This document shows positions 1 to 14,100 of a DNA stretch of 64,000 bases, one piece after another. The translations under genes and the position numbers were made by a program. This DNA comes from Chrysomallon squamiferum (taxonomy: Eukaryota; Animalia; Mollusca). The stretch spans positions 20,770,001 to 20,834,000 of the forward strand of contig CM022672.1 in NCBI GenBank assembly GCA_012295275.1, given 5' to 3'. Below the pieces are notes generated by a model, which was not told the DNA's origin, made no database searches, and saw only the letters and a list, made by a program, of their open reading frames with translations. Within the stretch, counting starts at the first letter, position 1; each line of letters opens with the position of its first letter.

Positions 1-158
1 CTTGAGGAAAGTCATATGCTGAACTTTGATATCTGAAACTAATCACAAAATATAATCAAACAGACCACTGTATGACTTTCAGTGAATTAGTGAGTGTATT
101 AAGTGTGTGCATATGTTAGTGAAATGTGTATGTACATTGAAAAAGAAAAGAAACCTAC

Positions 159-3100
159 CAGTCAAAGTGGACCATGCATTCTTGTTTTCACTGATGTTAC
201 AAGTTTGTGTTTGATTCTGTGGATTTGTGAAACCATCTTCATAACATTTTCCATCAACCATACAGATATCTTCCTGTAAATAACAACATTTTTATAACAT
301 TTCCATCAATCATAAAGATATCTTTCTGTAAACATCAAAAATATTTATAACTTACATGTAAGATGTTTAGACTACAAAAATACATATAGTTCCAAAAATA
401 TATGTATGTACTGACTAAAATGTATGCCTGTACTGGTTACAGTGTAATGATTACAGTGTATGTTATATTGACTAGAGTATATATATGTACTGACTACAAT
501 ATACAGTCAAAACTGGTCAAAAGGTCGCCTGACTATAACAGACATCACAAATACCACTAAAGCATTTTCTTCTTTTAATGACCTGTACAGAACTGTCACT
601 TGTCTATAACAACCAGTGGTCACTATTTTTCATGGAGAATCATCAACTGAACCTGATATAACAGTCACAGGATTTCAAAATTTGCAAATTCCACTATGTT
701 CTGACAGTCATAAGTGAAAAACAAACTTTCAGTCAATAACATCTCTGACATGATATTACAAAAATCCATGATGTAATTTGACTGGGTTTCAGTTGTTACA
801 GTTAAGTGTGTTGAAATACTGCATCAGCTAGTCTCAAAATGGGGTAATTTTTAAACATTTGTTTTCTTTGCATGTGGAATGACATGGAAAACAATGTAAA
901 TAACAATTTTAAAAACCGAACCAAAGCCCTTCCTGTTATTATTTACTAATGTGTTATTTCACACAAAAATATGTGTACTTCTCAGTGACATGGGTAATAT
1001 AGACTAAAGAAAAACTAATGTAATGGCCACTTTTGTGAAGTCCAATGGATGGATGTTACAGACAGGTTTAACTGCACGAGTTCTGACTACAGTGTGTGTG
1101 TATACTATAATGTATTGTGTATATATGTGTGTGTGTATGTGTGTGTGTGTTTTTATATGTAAATAAAATGGAGTTTCTAGATAGACTGACCCTTGCTGTA
1201 CATCCTTTTGTTTCTGTGCAGGTCTCACAGATGGAAGAGAATTTGATGAACTTGAGAGATTTACTAAACAATGTTCCATCATTGCTCACAGCTATCTGAT
1301 AAATATTCAGATTTGGATCACTGCATGTTACTTGGTCCTCACTGATAAATGTTGCATTTAAAGTCTTAGTATTTCCTTTTCTTTGTAATGATTTCTGTAA
1401 AAAAAAAAAATAATAATAATAATAAAAAAAAAATGAAAATATTAAATATATAGTTTTATAATTTTCTAGATTAAAAAAGTGTAAATAGAATGTATTTCCT
1501 TTATAATTTTTATATTTATTTGGTGTCTTAAACATTTGTATTAAATATCTCAATTATTATTTTCTTCAGATACGAAGATGTATGATAGTTTGTGTGGTGG
1601 TAACTGATCAGAAAATGAAAGTTTTCCACATCAAACCTAATAAAAGAATCTTACATCCAGCTCAGTGAACTGACAAACCAGAGTCTCAACCTCAACAAAG
1701 CCAAGCCCATAAATGGTGACATCAAAACAGTTGTGTTCGTCGATGTTGCAGAGACTGCCTCCCCTGACAGATAGAAGATTAGGAGGAATGCTTAGATCAA
1801 CTGAACAGTCTCCTCCGCCAAATCCTGTTTCACATTCACAGTTACCTGTAAAATAATTACATATCTTTTTACTTCTCTAATAAACTTAAAATACAGCTCT
1901 TGAAATACAGTCACTGACAAACTTAAAACAACAAATAAATGTATATTATTGTTGATATCTGACAAAAGAACATAAATGTTCTAATACACAACACACTCAC
2001 ATGCACACACACACACACACACACACAAATAGAGGCATATACAGACATACACAAATATATATATATATATATATATATAACAAACTTCTTAAACTCATTG
2101 ACTACTTACAAATAGAGGCAGTGATCACTTACACAGCCACACAATGACTACTTACAGTCACACAATAATGACTTACATACACAGTGACTACTTACAATCA
2201 CACAATAATGACTTACATACACAGTGACTACTTACAATCATCACTTACAAAGTGACACAATGACTACTTACAATCACACAATAATGACTTACATACACAG
2301 TGACTACTTACAATCATCACTTACAAAGTGACACAATGACTACTTACAATCACACAATAATGACTTACATACACAGTGACTACTTACAATCACACAATAA
2401 TGACTTACATACACAGTGACTACTTACAAAGTGACACAATGACTACTTACATTCAGTCACACGACTATTTACAATCACACAGTGAGTAGTAACTGATATA
2501 AAATGGACAGAACTGTAAAAAAAAAAAAAAAAACTTACCTTTTTCACACTTGCCATGTCCAGAGCAGTCATTCATACACAGTGACTACTTACAATCACAC
2601 AATAATGACTTACATACACAGTGACTACTTACAAAGTGACACAATGACTACTTACATTCAGTCACACGACTATTTACAATCACACAGTTAGTAGTAACTG
2701 ATATAAAATGGACAGAACTGTAAAAAAAAAAAAAAAACTTACCTTTTTCACACTTGCCATGTCCAGAGCAGTCATTCAGACAGATCTGTTGAACAATGAG
2801 AGGTAACTGTGGGAATCCATTGTCTCCTTCAATCCACAGCTCTACATTTCTTTCCACAGCAGTCAGACACTGCTCTCTGATGTTTTCCATTGTCACAGCA
2901 ACCCAGTCACGGTCTCCCGATATCTGGTAGAAAACACAGAAAAAAAAAACAATTACAAAAATGTAATTTTAGTTTAAAAGATTAAGGAATACAGCAAACA
3001 TCTACCAACTGACCACAAGTTTTTGTAATACTGCTAGTTTATATACAAGCTATATGAATATCTGTATGTGATATCAAGTCATAAAATATGAACAGTTTAA

Positions 3101-6100
3101 CATGAATCTAAAGTCAGTAATATACTCACAAGAAGATCTTCTGTACACAAGTCTATTGATGACTCAAAGCCAATGTTGATGATGTTTCTGCACGTCTTCA
3201 GTGTTGATGACATCATTACCTGAGATCGACAGTAATCTTTAGCTTCAAACTCAGTGATACCAACATCAGCAACCTGATTGAAAATATAAGAAATATATTC
3301 ATGCAGATATATAATCATGTGATTAAAATAACATACTTTATTAGAAACACTTTTAAAAAAAAAAAGCCTCATATTTAAATAGAAATCATATATTTCTAAC
3401 ATCTTGTAGTATTACCATACACAATTTTTTTTTATTGCTGTAGGTATTTATGTAACTATTATTAATGTTTCAACATATCTTCCTTACAGGTTTATCTTTA
3501 TGTTTATATCATCTGAGTAGACAATAGCAGATAATAACATAACAAGATATAATTTCCTGTTGATGTCACTGGGTTATGTGTACATGAAAATATTGTTGTA
3601 AGATATACCATGAGTTTACAGTTGATACTATTGTTTTATATAGTAGGATAGACATTGTTATAAAATATACCATATATTTACAGTTGATATTATCATGTTA
3701 TATAGTAATATTAAAATTGTTATAAAATGTATTGTGTGTTTATAATTGATGTTATTGTGTTATACAGTAAGGCAGAAATTGTTATAAAATATATCAAATG
3801 TTTATAGGTGATAGTATTGTGTTATACAGTAAGACAGACATTGTTATAAAGTATAGAGAAGGAGGGTGTAAGTGGTGCCACAGTGTAAATTGTGCTACTC
3901 CATCTTCAGACTATCTGAGTTGATATGACTTAAAGGTGCTGCCCTCTATTGATTATTCTTAGCATACATTTCTCATGGATGTAGGGAACATGAGTTTTCT
4001 AAAGAATAAAGACGAAAAGTTTGAATTCTGACATCTAAAGTCAATCTAAGGCAAACAGGGTTGTGAATTTCCTTTGTGCTCACTGTTTAGTATCCTGAAA
4101 TCACATATGGTGTACGATAACTAGTTAAGTAGCTATTACTGTATCCTGTTGTTTTCACATCATCTCCATCAGTAAAGATACACTGATCTAATTAACCAGG
4201 AATGGTCAACAAGGTTTATGTTTTGCCAGTGACAATGTGCCATAATACAAATTACCCCACTTTGGTTATGCAAACTCAGTTTGAGGGACTTTATTTGAGA
4301 TGCAGTTGCTGCAGCCTTGGAACAACATCAGGCCTACTGCAAAAAATCTCTGTTAAAAAAATGCTAAAAAACAAACAAATCCCCAACCACCAAAAATAAA
4401 AAAAAGGTAAAGCAGCAGCATAATCAGACAAGACAAGATGTTCTAATTCTGATCCAGAATCAGCTGAATATGATGATGTATCTGCCAATGATGACCCATT
4501 CACAGAAGTCAAGATAAATTAAAGGATTTTGTTGTGGTGAAAGTTGCAGGAAAGCCAAGCAGTAAGCACTGCATTGCTAGGGTTGATGTTGTAGATGAAG
4601 ATGAATTTGAGTTTGTGTTTTTGCAAAACATTGTTAATGCTAAGATGTTTTTTTTTCAAAATTCACAGGGATATCATCTATAAACTTCCTAAGCCAAAGA
4701 CTGCTGGGGGAATCTGCACAAAGATCATGCCAACTTGTATTCACATGCAATCATAAAAAAAAAAATGGTAAGTTGCCTCATAAAACACATGTAGGCTGAC
4801 ATATAGAAAACTGTGAACAACATAATTATATATTTTAGATTTTTTTTTCCCAGAAAACATAGTGATATTATTTTGTAGGTTGAATTTATAATACATGTAG
4901 AAAATCTTATCAGTATTCCATATACATTGTAATGTGAGTAAATATGGCACTATATGTCAAGTCTTTTTGATTGCAGTTTCAGTACATTATTACTTGCAGG
5001 GGCAACATCATAGCATAGCATCTGTGAAAATAGGTTAGAATATTCTACAATCATTCATATGTCCATATTTATAGGGTTTTTTCTGGGATGATTAGTATAA
5101 GTTTTGTATCAGACTTGGTGAAAGTTATGACTGAGTTGTAGAAATATTTTCACCAGAGCTATTGGATTTTGATACCATTACATGTTGGTTCAGAACCAGG
5201 AAAAACTACTGAAAATGTTCTTGTCATGCAATTAACAAATGTTTTACAAGCAATAAACAAATGTGTTATAAACAAAGTGCATGTTATTGCCAGAACCAGT
5301 TCTTTCACATCTTATCCCAAATTGTGCCACTTTACAAAATATTTTCAAACCCCCAACGCACCATTATGAGAAATTCTGTGGTATTAATACTGTGAAGAAG
5401 ATTTTGCTGCCTGAGACTCACTATTCATTTTTTGTGGAGATGTTGATTCTTTGGACTCCAGGTCGATCTAACTGGAAAAAAGACACAACTTACCCCCTCC
5501 TCTCTGACTGTATGTTTACAGCTGATGTTTTTGTATTATAGAAAAAATGTTATAAAATAAAAGATATTTACAACTGATCTTATTGTGTTATAGAGAAATT
5601 GTTATAAAATATTCAGTGTATCTACAACTGATGTTATTGTGTTATAAATTGTTATAAAATATACAGTGTGTTTACAACTTATGATATTGTGTTATAGAGA
5701 AACTGATATAAAATATACAGTGTGTTTACAACTGTTGTTATAGTGTTATAGAGAAACTGATATAAAATATACAGTGTGTTTACAACTGATGTTATTGTTA
5801 TAGATAAACTGATATAAAATATACAGTTTGTTTACAACTGTTGTTATTGTGTTATAAATTGTGATATAAAATATACAGTGTGTTTACAACTGTTGTTATT
5901 GTGTTATAGAGAAACTGATATAAAATATACAGTGTGTTTACAACTGATGTCATTGTGTTATAAAAACTGTTATAAAATATACAGTGTGTTTACAACTGTT
6001 GTTATTGTGTTACAGAGAAACTGATATAAAATATACAGTGTGTTTACAACTGATGTTATTGTGTTATAGAGAAACGGATATAAAATATACAGTGTGTTTA

Positions 6101-9100
6101 CAACTGATGTTATTGTGTTACAGAGAAACTGATATAAAATATACAGTGTGTTTACAACTGATGTTATAGTGTTATAGAGAAACTGATATAAAATATACAG
6201 TGTGTTTACAACTGATGTTATAGTGTTATAGAGAAACTGATATAAAATATACAGTGTGCATCCAGCTGATGTTGAAAGAGAAGAGAGTGCGAGGCTGGTC
6301 AGACAGACACTTAAGAGGAACACTGGCTGACTTGTCTAGCTTGTCTGTGATGTCTTCACCTGAGCAAACATTGATTATTAATAACATAAATTAACAATTT
6401 TCTCAATACTGTGAAATTACTGGAAATATATATATATATATATTACTGTTATGTTTGAAAATCACAACTTTCTAACAATTTTCTGCGACTATATTTTACT
6501 GTTGTTTGAAAATCCCACGACTTTCTAACAGTTCTCTGTGACTATATTTTACTGTTGTTTGAAAATCACTACACTGACAGTTCTCTGTGATTAGATTTCT
6601 ACCTTTTCTGCCAACGTATTTGTGTTTGTTACTACAATCACACAGGAAGACATCAAGTCCAGCATCACATATGTTTTCTTCTTCAAAGCCACACTGACAG
6701 AAAATGGCTTGTTTTTTCTCTGTTGTTGTACAATGCCCATCATACAGTGAATCAGCTGAATTTACTCTACAAATAAAACTCAGCTGTGTAAACCATGTAA
6801 TGTATAGACAGTTTCATATTAACATTCTCAAACAATATCATTTAGTTTTGTTCATATATATATATATACATTATCTGTAAATATGTATATGTAAATGTGT
6901 TGTTTGTATTTGTATACATGAGTTGTCCATGTCTGCCTATGATTCACCATATTGGTGAGAACAGTATCACCAACAGTAAATATCTATTTTACCTCCAGCT
7001 ACTACTGAACTTGTCTGGAAGTTTCCCTGTCTCTGTGGAATAAATTCCATCTCTTTGGAGCAGATCGTCTTCCTTGTTTCCATTGAAAGTCCCACACAAA
7101 CCTGACAACATATATAAACTCAATTCAATCACATTAAATATAAATATAAACTGAAAATACAAACAAACCTCACAACAAAAATAAACACAAAAACTGTAAA
7201 ACATAATAGAAATACAAAACAACAATTAAACACAAAATTCAGTAAACAATATACGTATTTAAAGTGACACATAAACAAAACATGAAAACTAATACATAAC
7301 AAGCTTCTTAATTGTGTAGTTCAGATTTATATATATATTTATATATTTTTTAATTATACTGATAATTCCAGAATTATCTTAATGCTGAGACAGATTAAGT
7401 TTAGAATTGTGCCATAAACATAATATCATGTTTAAAATTATGGTAAAAGGACAGAGTTCAGTCTAAAAGTATGTTAAGAGCAGAGTGTTGAGTTTTTAAT
7501 TATTTTAATGCTGAAATTTTAAGATTACAATTATTTTAAGAGCACTGTGTTTAGTTTAGAATCATGTTAGAGATGAAGTGTTACATTTAGATTTATGTTA
7601 AAGGTAAAATGTTAATTCTAGAACTATGTTCATGATGAAGTGTCAGATTTAGGATTTGTTTATGGGTGAAGTGATAAATTTAGAAAATCACCCTCTGTCT
7701 GGTTGAAGTCAGCAGATGAAGCAGTAAACCAGATATTGATGAAATTCTTTAGTTGTCCTCTTGTCTGAACCTGCACTTTAATCTCATCTCCATTGGGAAG
7801 AAAAATCTGAAATTCATAATTAACATTTCAAAGCTGTAACATGACAGTTAGTTTTGTGGATTTACATACAATTTTCATGAAATTATTTTAAAAGATTAAT
7901 TTTTTTTTTTATAGTTTTTTTTTTAATATGCTTTGAATTATTGCTGACAGAATTTTCAGTACTCACTGTATTTTTTTATTATATCATGTCAGTATGTTCA
8001 GTACAGTGTATTTTACGTCATGTCAGCATGTTTAATACTCACTGTGTATTTTCCACCTTGAGATCTGTATATGTTGAAGCCAGGTGTGAGATCTCCATTT
8101 TTGTACAAAACAATACTCATAGGCTGCGTTTTACCCTCTGTACCACGATTTGGTCCACACTTGTCAATCACCACAACATCATCATCTACACGGACAGCAA
8201 CAGCACAGTTACATGTTGCCCTCCAACCACATTTGCGATAAAATGTGTGCACCTGTAAAGTCAAATCACAGTTGGAAAAAGACGAGTGCAAGAGATAAAC
8301 TATAAAACATGTTATATTGAAGTATTTAGTGGTTAGATAAATGACTGTATTTCAAAGTGATTGATGTTTCAATACTCACATTGTAAGGTAGATTTTTATG
8401 ATTGATATTTTGATACAGCATAAAGTAGAGTTTTGTGATTGATGTTTCAATACTTAGAACATAAGGTACAGGTTTGTGATTGATGTTTTGATACTTTAAG
8501 TGTAAGGTAGATTTTTGTAACACGTTTTGATTCTTAGAGTTTTGTGATAATGTTTTGATACAACATAAGGTAGAGTTTTGTGTCGACATTTTGATACTTT
8601 CAGTAGAGTTTTGTGTCGACATTTTGATACTTACAGCATAAGGTAGAGTTTTGTGTTGATATAAAACAAATTCTCCCTCAAAGAAGTTGTCGTAGTGCCT
8701 ATAACAGAAAACTAATTATTAAAAACAAAATGTGTAAAGAGTTCTTAGAAACAATACATTAATAATTTATATCTTGTTGAAAAATAAATTATATAATAAT
8801 ACAAAATGGCATATAATATACATATTTGTTTTTATTTCTATGATATTATTTCTATAATTGTTATTATAAACTATTCTAAATCAAAGTTCAAGATAATAGT
8901 ATAACATCAAGGGTAAATAACACATCCATTGACCTACATAACTCACCTGCCATCAAATGTTGTAATGTGTGGATCATTAACTGACATGCAGGTTGAATCT
9001 TTGTCTCTGTCCTTCACCACCAACTGAAATTCATTAAATACAAATTTTATCAATAACTTCCTTATTATTATTTATTTTATTTCTTAGTGAAGTAAAATAT

Positions 9101-10317
9101 TAATATCTTATTCAGCAGAAACAAGTAATGTTTAAAAAGACAACAACAGAGACTGATTAAGCCTAAGAAAGTAATTTGTTTACCTTGACTGACCCAATGT
9201 CAATTTTGCTGTTCCAGGAGACAGAAGTGAACTGAGCCGACAGCTCGACAGACTGAGTCTGATCTCTGTCTTGCAGAGAGTCAACCACACCCTTCACCTG
9301 AATGATGTGAGTTACATTCCATGATTCTCGGCTCACAGAAACACCACAGAAAGGAGAATCTGTATTTTCTGACTGCCACATAACAACAGCCTGAGGAATG
9401 ATTCGTCCATCATAACATCTGTGTTGTTTGGCAGACCTGATCTGAGCATACAGACGCACTGTGCAGTTGTCACGGTCATCCACTGGACATAACAAGTGAG
9501 GTGGGATGTTTGTTTTAATCTTTATCTCACCAATGAAAGAACCCTCAAACACAGTCAAAGACTCTGTCAGTACCTGTATCAACAAAGAAGGAAATAAAAT
9601 AAATAGCCAGTCATATTACTTTAGCATCTCAAAATGTATAAAAAAAAATGTTCAGGCAACATATCTACTCAAATTCAAAGGTAAACTATGATGTTTCCAG
9701 AATTCTTTGTGAAATAAGAGATCTGCAACAATCCAAAGCAAATGGAGATATTACCTGGAATCCAAGTGAGATGGATTTGCTGTGAGATGGATCTCCCCAA
9801 GTGGTGTCACAATTATCAGTAAGACAGGCAGACACAGAGCAGAACATCTGTAATACAAATGATATTTAATTAGATCAGTAATTACTATGTTGTTTATAAT
9901 ACTGTCTTCACGCTGCTTAATCTTAAATTTATGAAACATACACAAAATTACATTGATCTTAATATTTAACACAAAATACCCTAAACTGGTTCATATGCTG
10001 TAATATAAGTGTTTTCAGATGCATGGACAAACAGACAGTAAAGAAAAATAAACAAGTTATGCAGTACCTTTGAACCCTGTTGTTGATTTCTGAAAGAATC
10101 TTCTGTCAAGTAGAATGTGTCAGTAGATGTTATTGTCTTCTCACTGATAGTGATGTCATCAATGACAAAGGAAATGTTGTACATAATATCATAGCCTTTC
10201 AGAGGTTCAAATTCGCATACAAAGTAGGATTTCCCTGTTTCATTGATGTAAGTATTCAGCACTGGTTCTTTAGACAGCTTGGGATATCCTGAGTAAGTAA
10301 GTAAGTATGTAAGTAAG

Positions 10318-10356
<39 letters not shown>

Positions 10357-11114
10357 GAATGTAAGTAAATAAATAAGTAAGTAAGTAAGTAAATAAACAA
10401 AAACAATAAAAAACAAATAAACAAACAAATATGTTTTGATAGTTCTTAGGTGAATTATTTATTTATTCTTACCTGTTAGGATGTCCAGGGCCTTAGTGAT
10501 TTGTTTTGTGGCATATGTCACTTGCCAGAACTCAAGTTCAAAACTCCAGTATTTAGTAGTATTCACATTCTGTGGGTGGCCCATGTAAAACTTGCAGGAT
10601 TTGGGTTCCTTCACGCTGCGTTTGAGGAAATTTTTATCTTTCTTGGTTTCTTTTCCATCGATAGACATCTCAAGTCCAGTCTGTACACTCCATGATATTT
10701 GAAACTGCAGGTACTTATTCACTGCGATGTCACTCAGATAGACAGTCCACTCTCTGGACTGTGTGCTGACTGTGACAAAGAGTCGTTTTCTGAGGTAGTA
10801 CACAGCAATCCCCACCCCTTCTTTCTCCTCCCCGCAGTTTGTCATCAGATATGTGTTGTCCTCCAGAGTGACAAACTTCACAGAGAATGTGACAGTGAAA
10901 CCAAACTGACACTGATCAGGGTCCATCAGACACGAGCCAATCACATCTGTCCAGTCAATATACTGATCTCTGTCATTGAAAACTACTGCATGTTTGTTTC
11001 TTGTGTTGATGATTAGCTGCAGTTTGCTGGTAACAGTGACATTGCCAGACGATGTGATCAGAGTGTTCCCATTTATCAGTTTAAATTCAAATCTCCTGTC
11101 ATCAACTGCATCAA
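159..11114 (-). CDS. Module R8 (LamG + VWDE-like unit), 16 exons, 3027 nt
   Basis: Exons: 10473-11114 (LamG), 10068-10288, 9755-9847, 9184-9573, 8947-9023 (CMSVNDPHITTFDG), 8635-8698, 8043-8252, 7692-7806, 6993-7101 (GLCGTFNG), 6603-6766, 6253-6359, 3130-3273, 2743-2923 (CLNDCSGHGKC), 1655-1845, 1191-1394, 159-273. All phases are compatible. Confidence 0.88.
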
Positions 11115-14100
11115 CTGGAAAGTTGTAGTAATGAAAAATTAACTTTTTTTTTTAATTCAAAGATTCATTTTACATATTTGTTTTATATATATAAAATAGA
11201 ATGTATTCTATGTAATAATATTTGGATCTGCAACTAGTGTGGCTTGATATTTTGAGGTGTAACAAGCGTGACATGGTACAGTGACAATTAACAAGTATGA
11301 CATAGTACAGTGACATGTAACAAGTGTGGTATGATATACTGACATGTAAAAGTAACATGATATATTGACATGTAACAAGTGTGGTACGATATACTGACAT
11401 GTAACAAGTAACATGATATACTGACATGTGACAAGTGTAATAAGTGTAACTGTACACCAGTCTGTAAGAATATTGTGATGTGAAACAAGTGTAACTATAC
11501 ACTGACATGTAAGAACACTGATGTGAAACAAGTGTAACTATACACTGACATGTAAGAACATTGTGATGTGTAACAAGTGTAACTGTATACTAACATCTCA
11601 GTGAGGTCCAGTCTGTTTTAGAAATAACTGTTTGACACACTTGTCTTGGATCATCAGGATTAAAGAAGCCATTTTCATAACAAACATCTTTGATGATACA
11701 CACATCAGTCTGCAAAATATTTATTTCAGTACAGATAAAGACAGTGATAACATCATTTTGATGCAGAAAAAGGCAGTGAAAACATTATGTTAGTACAGAT
11801 AAAGAGAGTGATAACATTATTTCAATACAGATAGAGAAGTGATAACATTATTTTAGTTCAGATAAAAACATTGATAATATTTCAGTACAGATAAAGACAG
11901 TGATAAAAGTATCTTAGTACAGACAAAGACAGTGATAGCATTATTTTAGCTCAGATGCAGACAGTGATAAAATTATTTTGGTACAGATGAAGACAGTGAT
12001 AAAAGTATCTTAGTACAGACAAAAACAGTGATAACATTATTTTAGGCATTATTATCATCATAATTTGTTAAAAATGTTATGGTCATAGAAATCTACAACA
12101 ACAATAAAACTTTTAAAAAAAAAAATTCTTACCAGCAATAAAAAATATGTGACTTACCCTGTTTGAACATCCTTTCTGAACAGAGCATGTCTGACATACA
12201 GAATCAAAGCTGATAAATACTTGTGCATTGCTTCTTGTTTTCCCATTGTTGCTTATGGAGATGTTGAAAATGCCAAGTGCACTGACTCTGCATCTAACTA
12301 CCTCTGAGCTGTCAAAAACTGCAAGTGATGTTTGTTCTTTACCCTACAAAAATCACAAACTTGTACTGGTAACTTCTACACATGATGAAAACAAAATATG
12401 TATGTCAGAAACATAAAAAAAAAACAGAAAAACATAAAAATAAAGACAGAAAGTCAGAGACAGAGAGAGAGAAAGGAGAAAGACTGATTAAAGGGGAGAG
12501 AGAGTTATTACTTACATCTGATGAAATCAGATGACAAGTGAGTTGACCAGACTCAGCAAACTGCAGACCATACACTATGACCTCTGTACATTCAGCTTCA
12601 CGAATGTCACACACAGGCATGGCTAGAGACACAATTTGAGGTGAGGTTTCACTTGAGATGTCACAGACAGCACCTGTCCACCCATTGTTACATGTACACA
12701 CACCTGATTTATTAAAAGGAAATTAATTTTATTAAAATGTTTTGTTTTGTTTTATATTAGCTAACTATTATAATTTTAAACACACTTTTATAATGTATCA
12801 TGTATGAAACAATTAAACAAATGTTTCATCAGTTTCTATCCAAATGAATAAAAAGTACCAAAATTGTTGTTTTTTTTTTAGGGGTCTACTAATGGTAAAC
12901 ATTTATGTGATTTTACAAACATATATTAATATGATAAACATTTATGTGATATTTAATAACACTTTTGTGATATTTATTAAGATTATTTGTAATGTTTTTT
13001 AAAATAATTATTTGTTATATTTATTAAGATATATGTGATACTTACCACTGATACATGTTCCATGGTTGTTACAGTCATCAATACACATGTGGTTGGCAAA
13101 GTTAGGTAACTCCACTGTTCCTGTTTTGTCTGATGTAATCCACAAGTCAATGTTGATGCTGAGTTCCACCTCACAGAATAACATGATGTTGTCCAACATT
13201 AAACTCACCCACTCCAAGCTGTCTAGTATCTGTAGATAACAAATAAACAAATAAACAAACAAACAAACAAATAAATAAATAAGTAGTTTAATAAACAAAT
13301 AAACAAATAGATCAATAAAAAGTTTAATAAATAAATAAATTACAGGAAGAAGAAAAAGAAGAGGAAGAAACAAACAAACTTAAATAATAAAATATATTCA
13401 ATACAAATGAAGAAATAAAACAAATAAACAATTAAAAAATACAGAAAACTAAATATGATGTTCTGTTATTAAATTACCTGGATATCTTCAATGCATGAAT
13501 CCAGACTGAATTCTGCATCAATGGTAACCAGACTTTTACATGACTTGGCAGAAGCAGAAGCTTCTACAACAGCATTGCAGGCAGTCACAGCTCTTTCCCT
13601 GGTGATCTTTCCAGCAGTTGGCCATGTGAACTCCTAATTTGTTATTTATATTTTAACATAAAACATCTGTGTAACATTCACATACAGATTGCAGTATTAA
13701 AGTGCTATTTATTTTGTTCTTGTCAATTAATCAAATTGAAATGATGCAAACTGCTTTCTGACTGGCTATGATTACTGAGTCAGAAAGTATATGTCTTAGT
13801 AAGTATTAGTTTATTTAGAAAATCAATGTTTTCACACAAGATGATATTCGTTTTGCTTACACAAAAATATTTTAAATAGAGAGCATTGTAAGACAGTATA
13901 AAACAGGTTACCCTTGGTTTGTAATTGATGTCAAACTCCCACGGCACTACTTGTTGTGTAGGAATACACACATCAATCTTCTTGGCAACAGAAACTAGAG
14001 ACTCTGTGATGTCAACTGCACCTGTAATTAACTAAACTCATCAGAAAACAGCAAACTGTTAAAATGTTTTACTAACTGAGCATTTGGTTCTTATTAAGAC

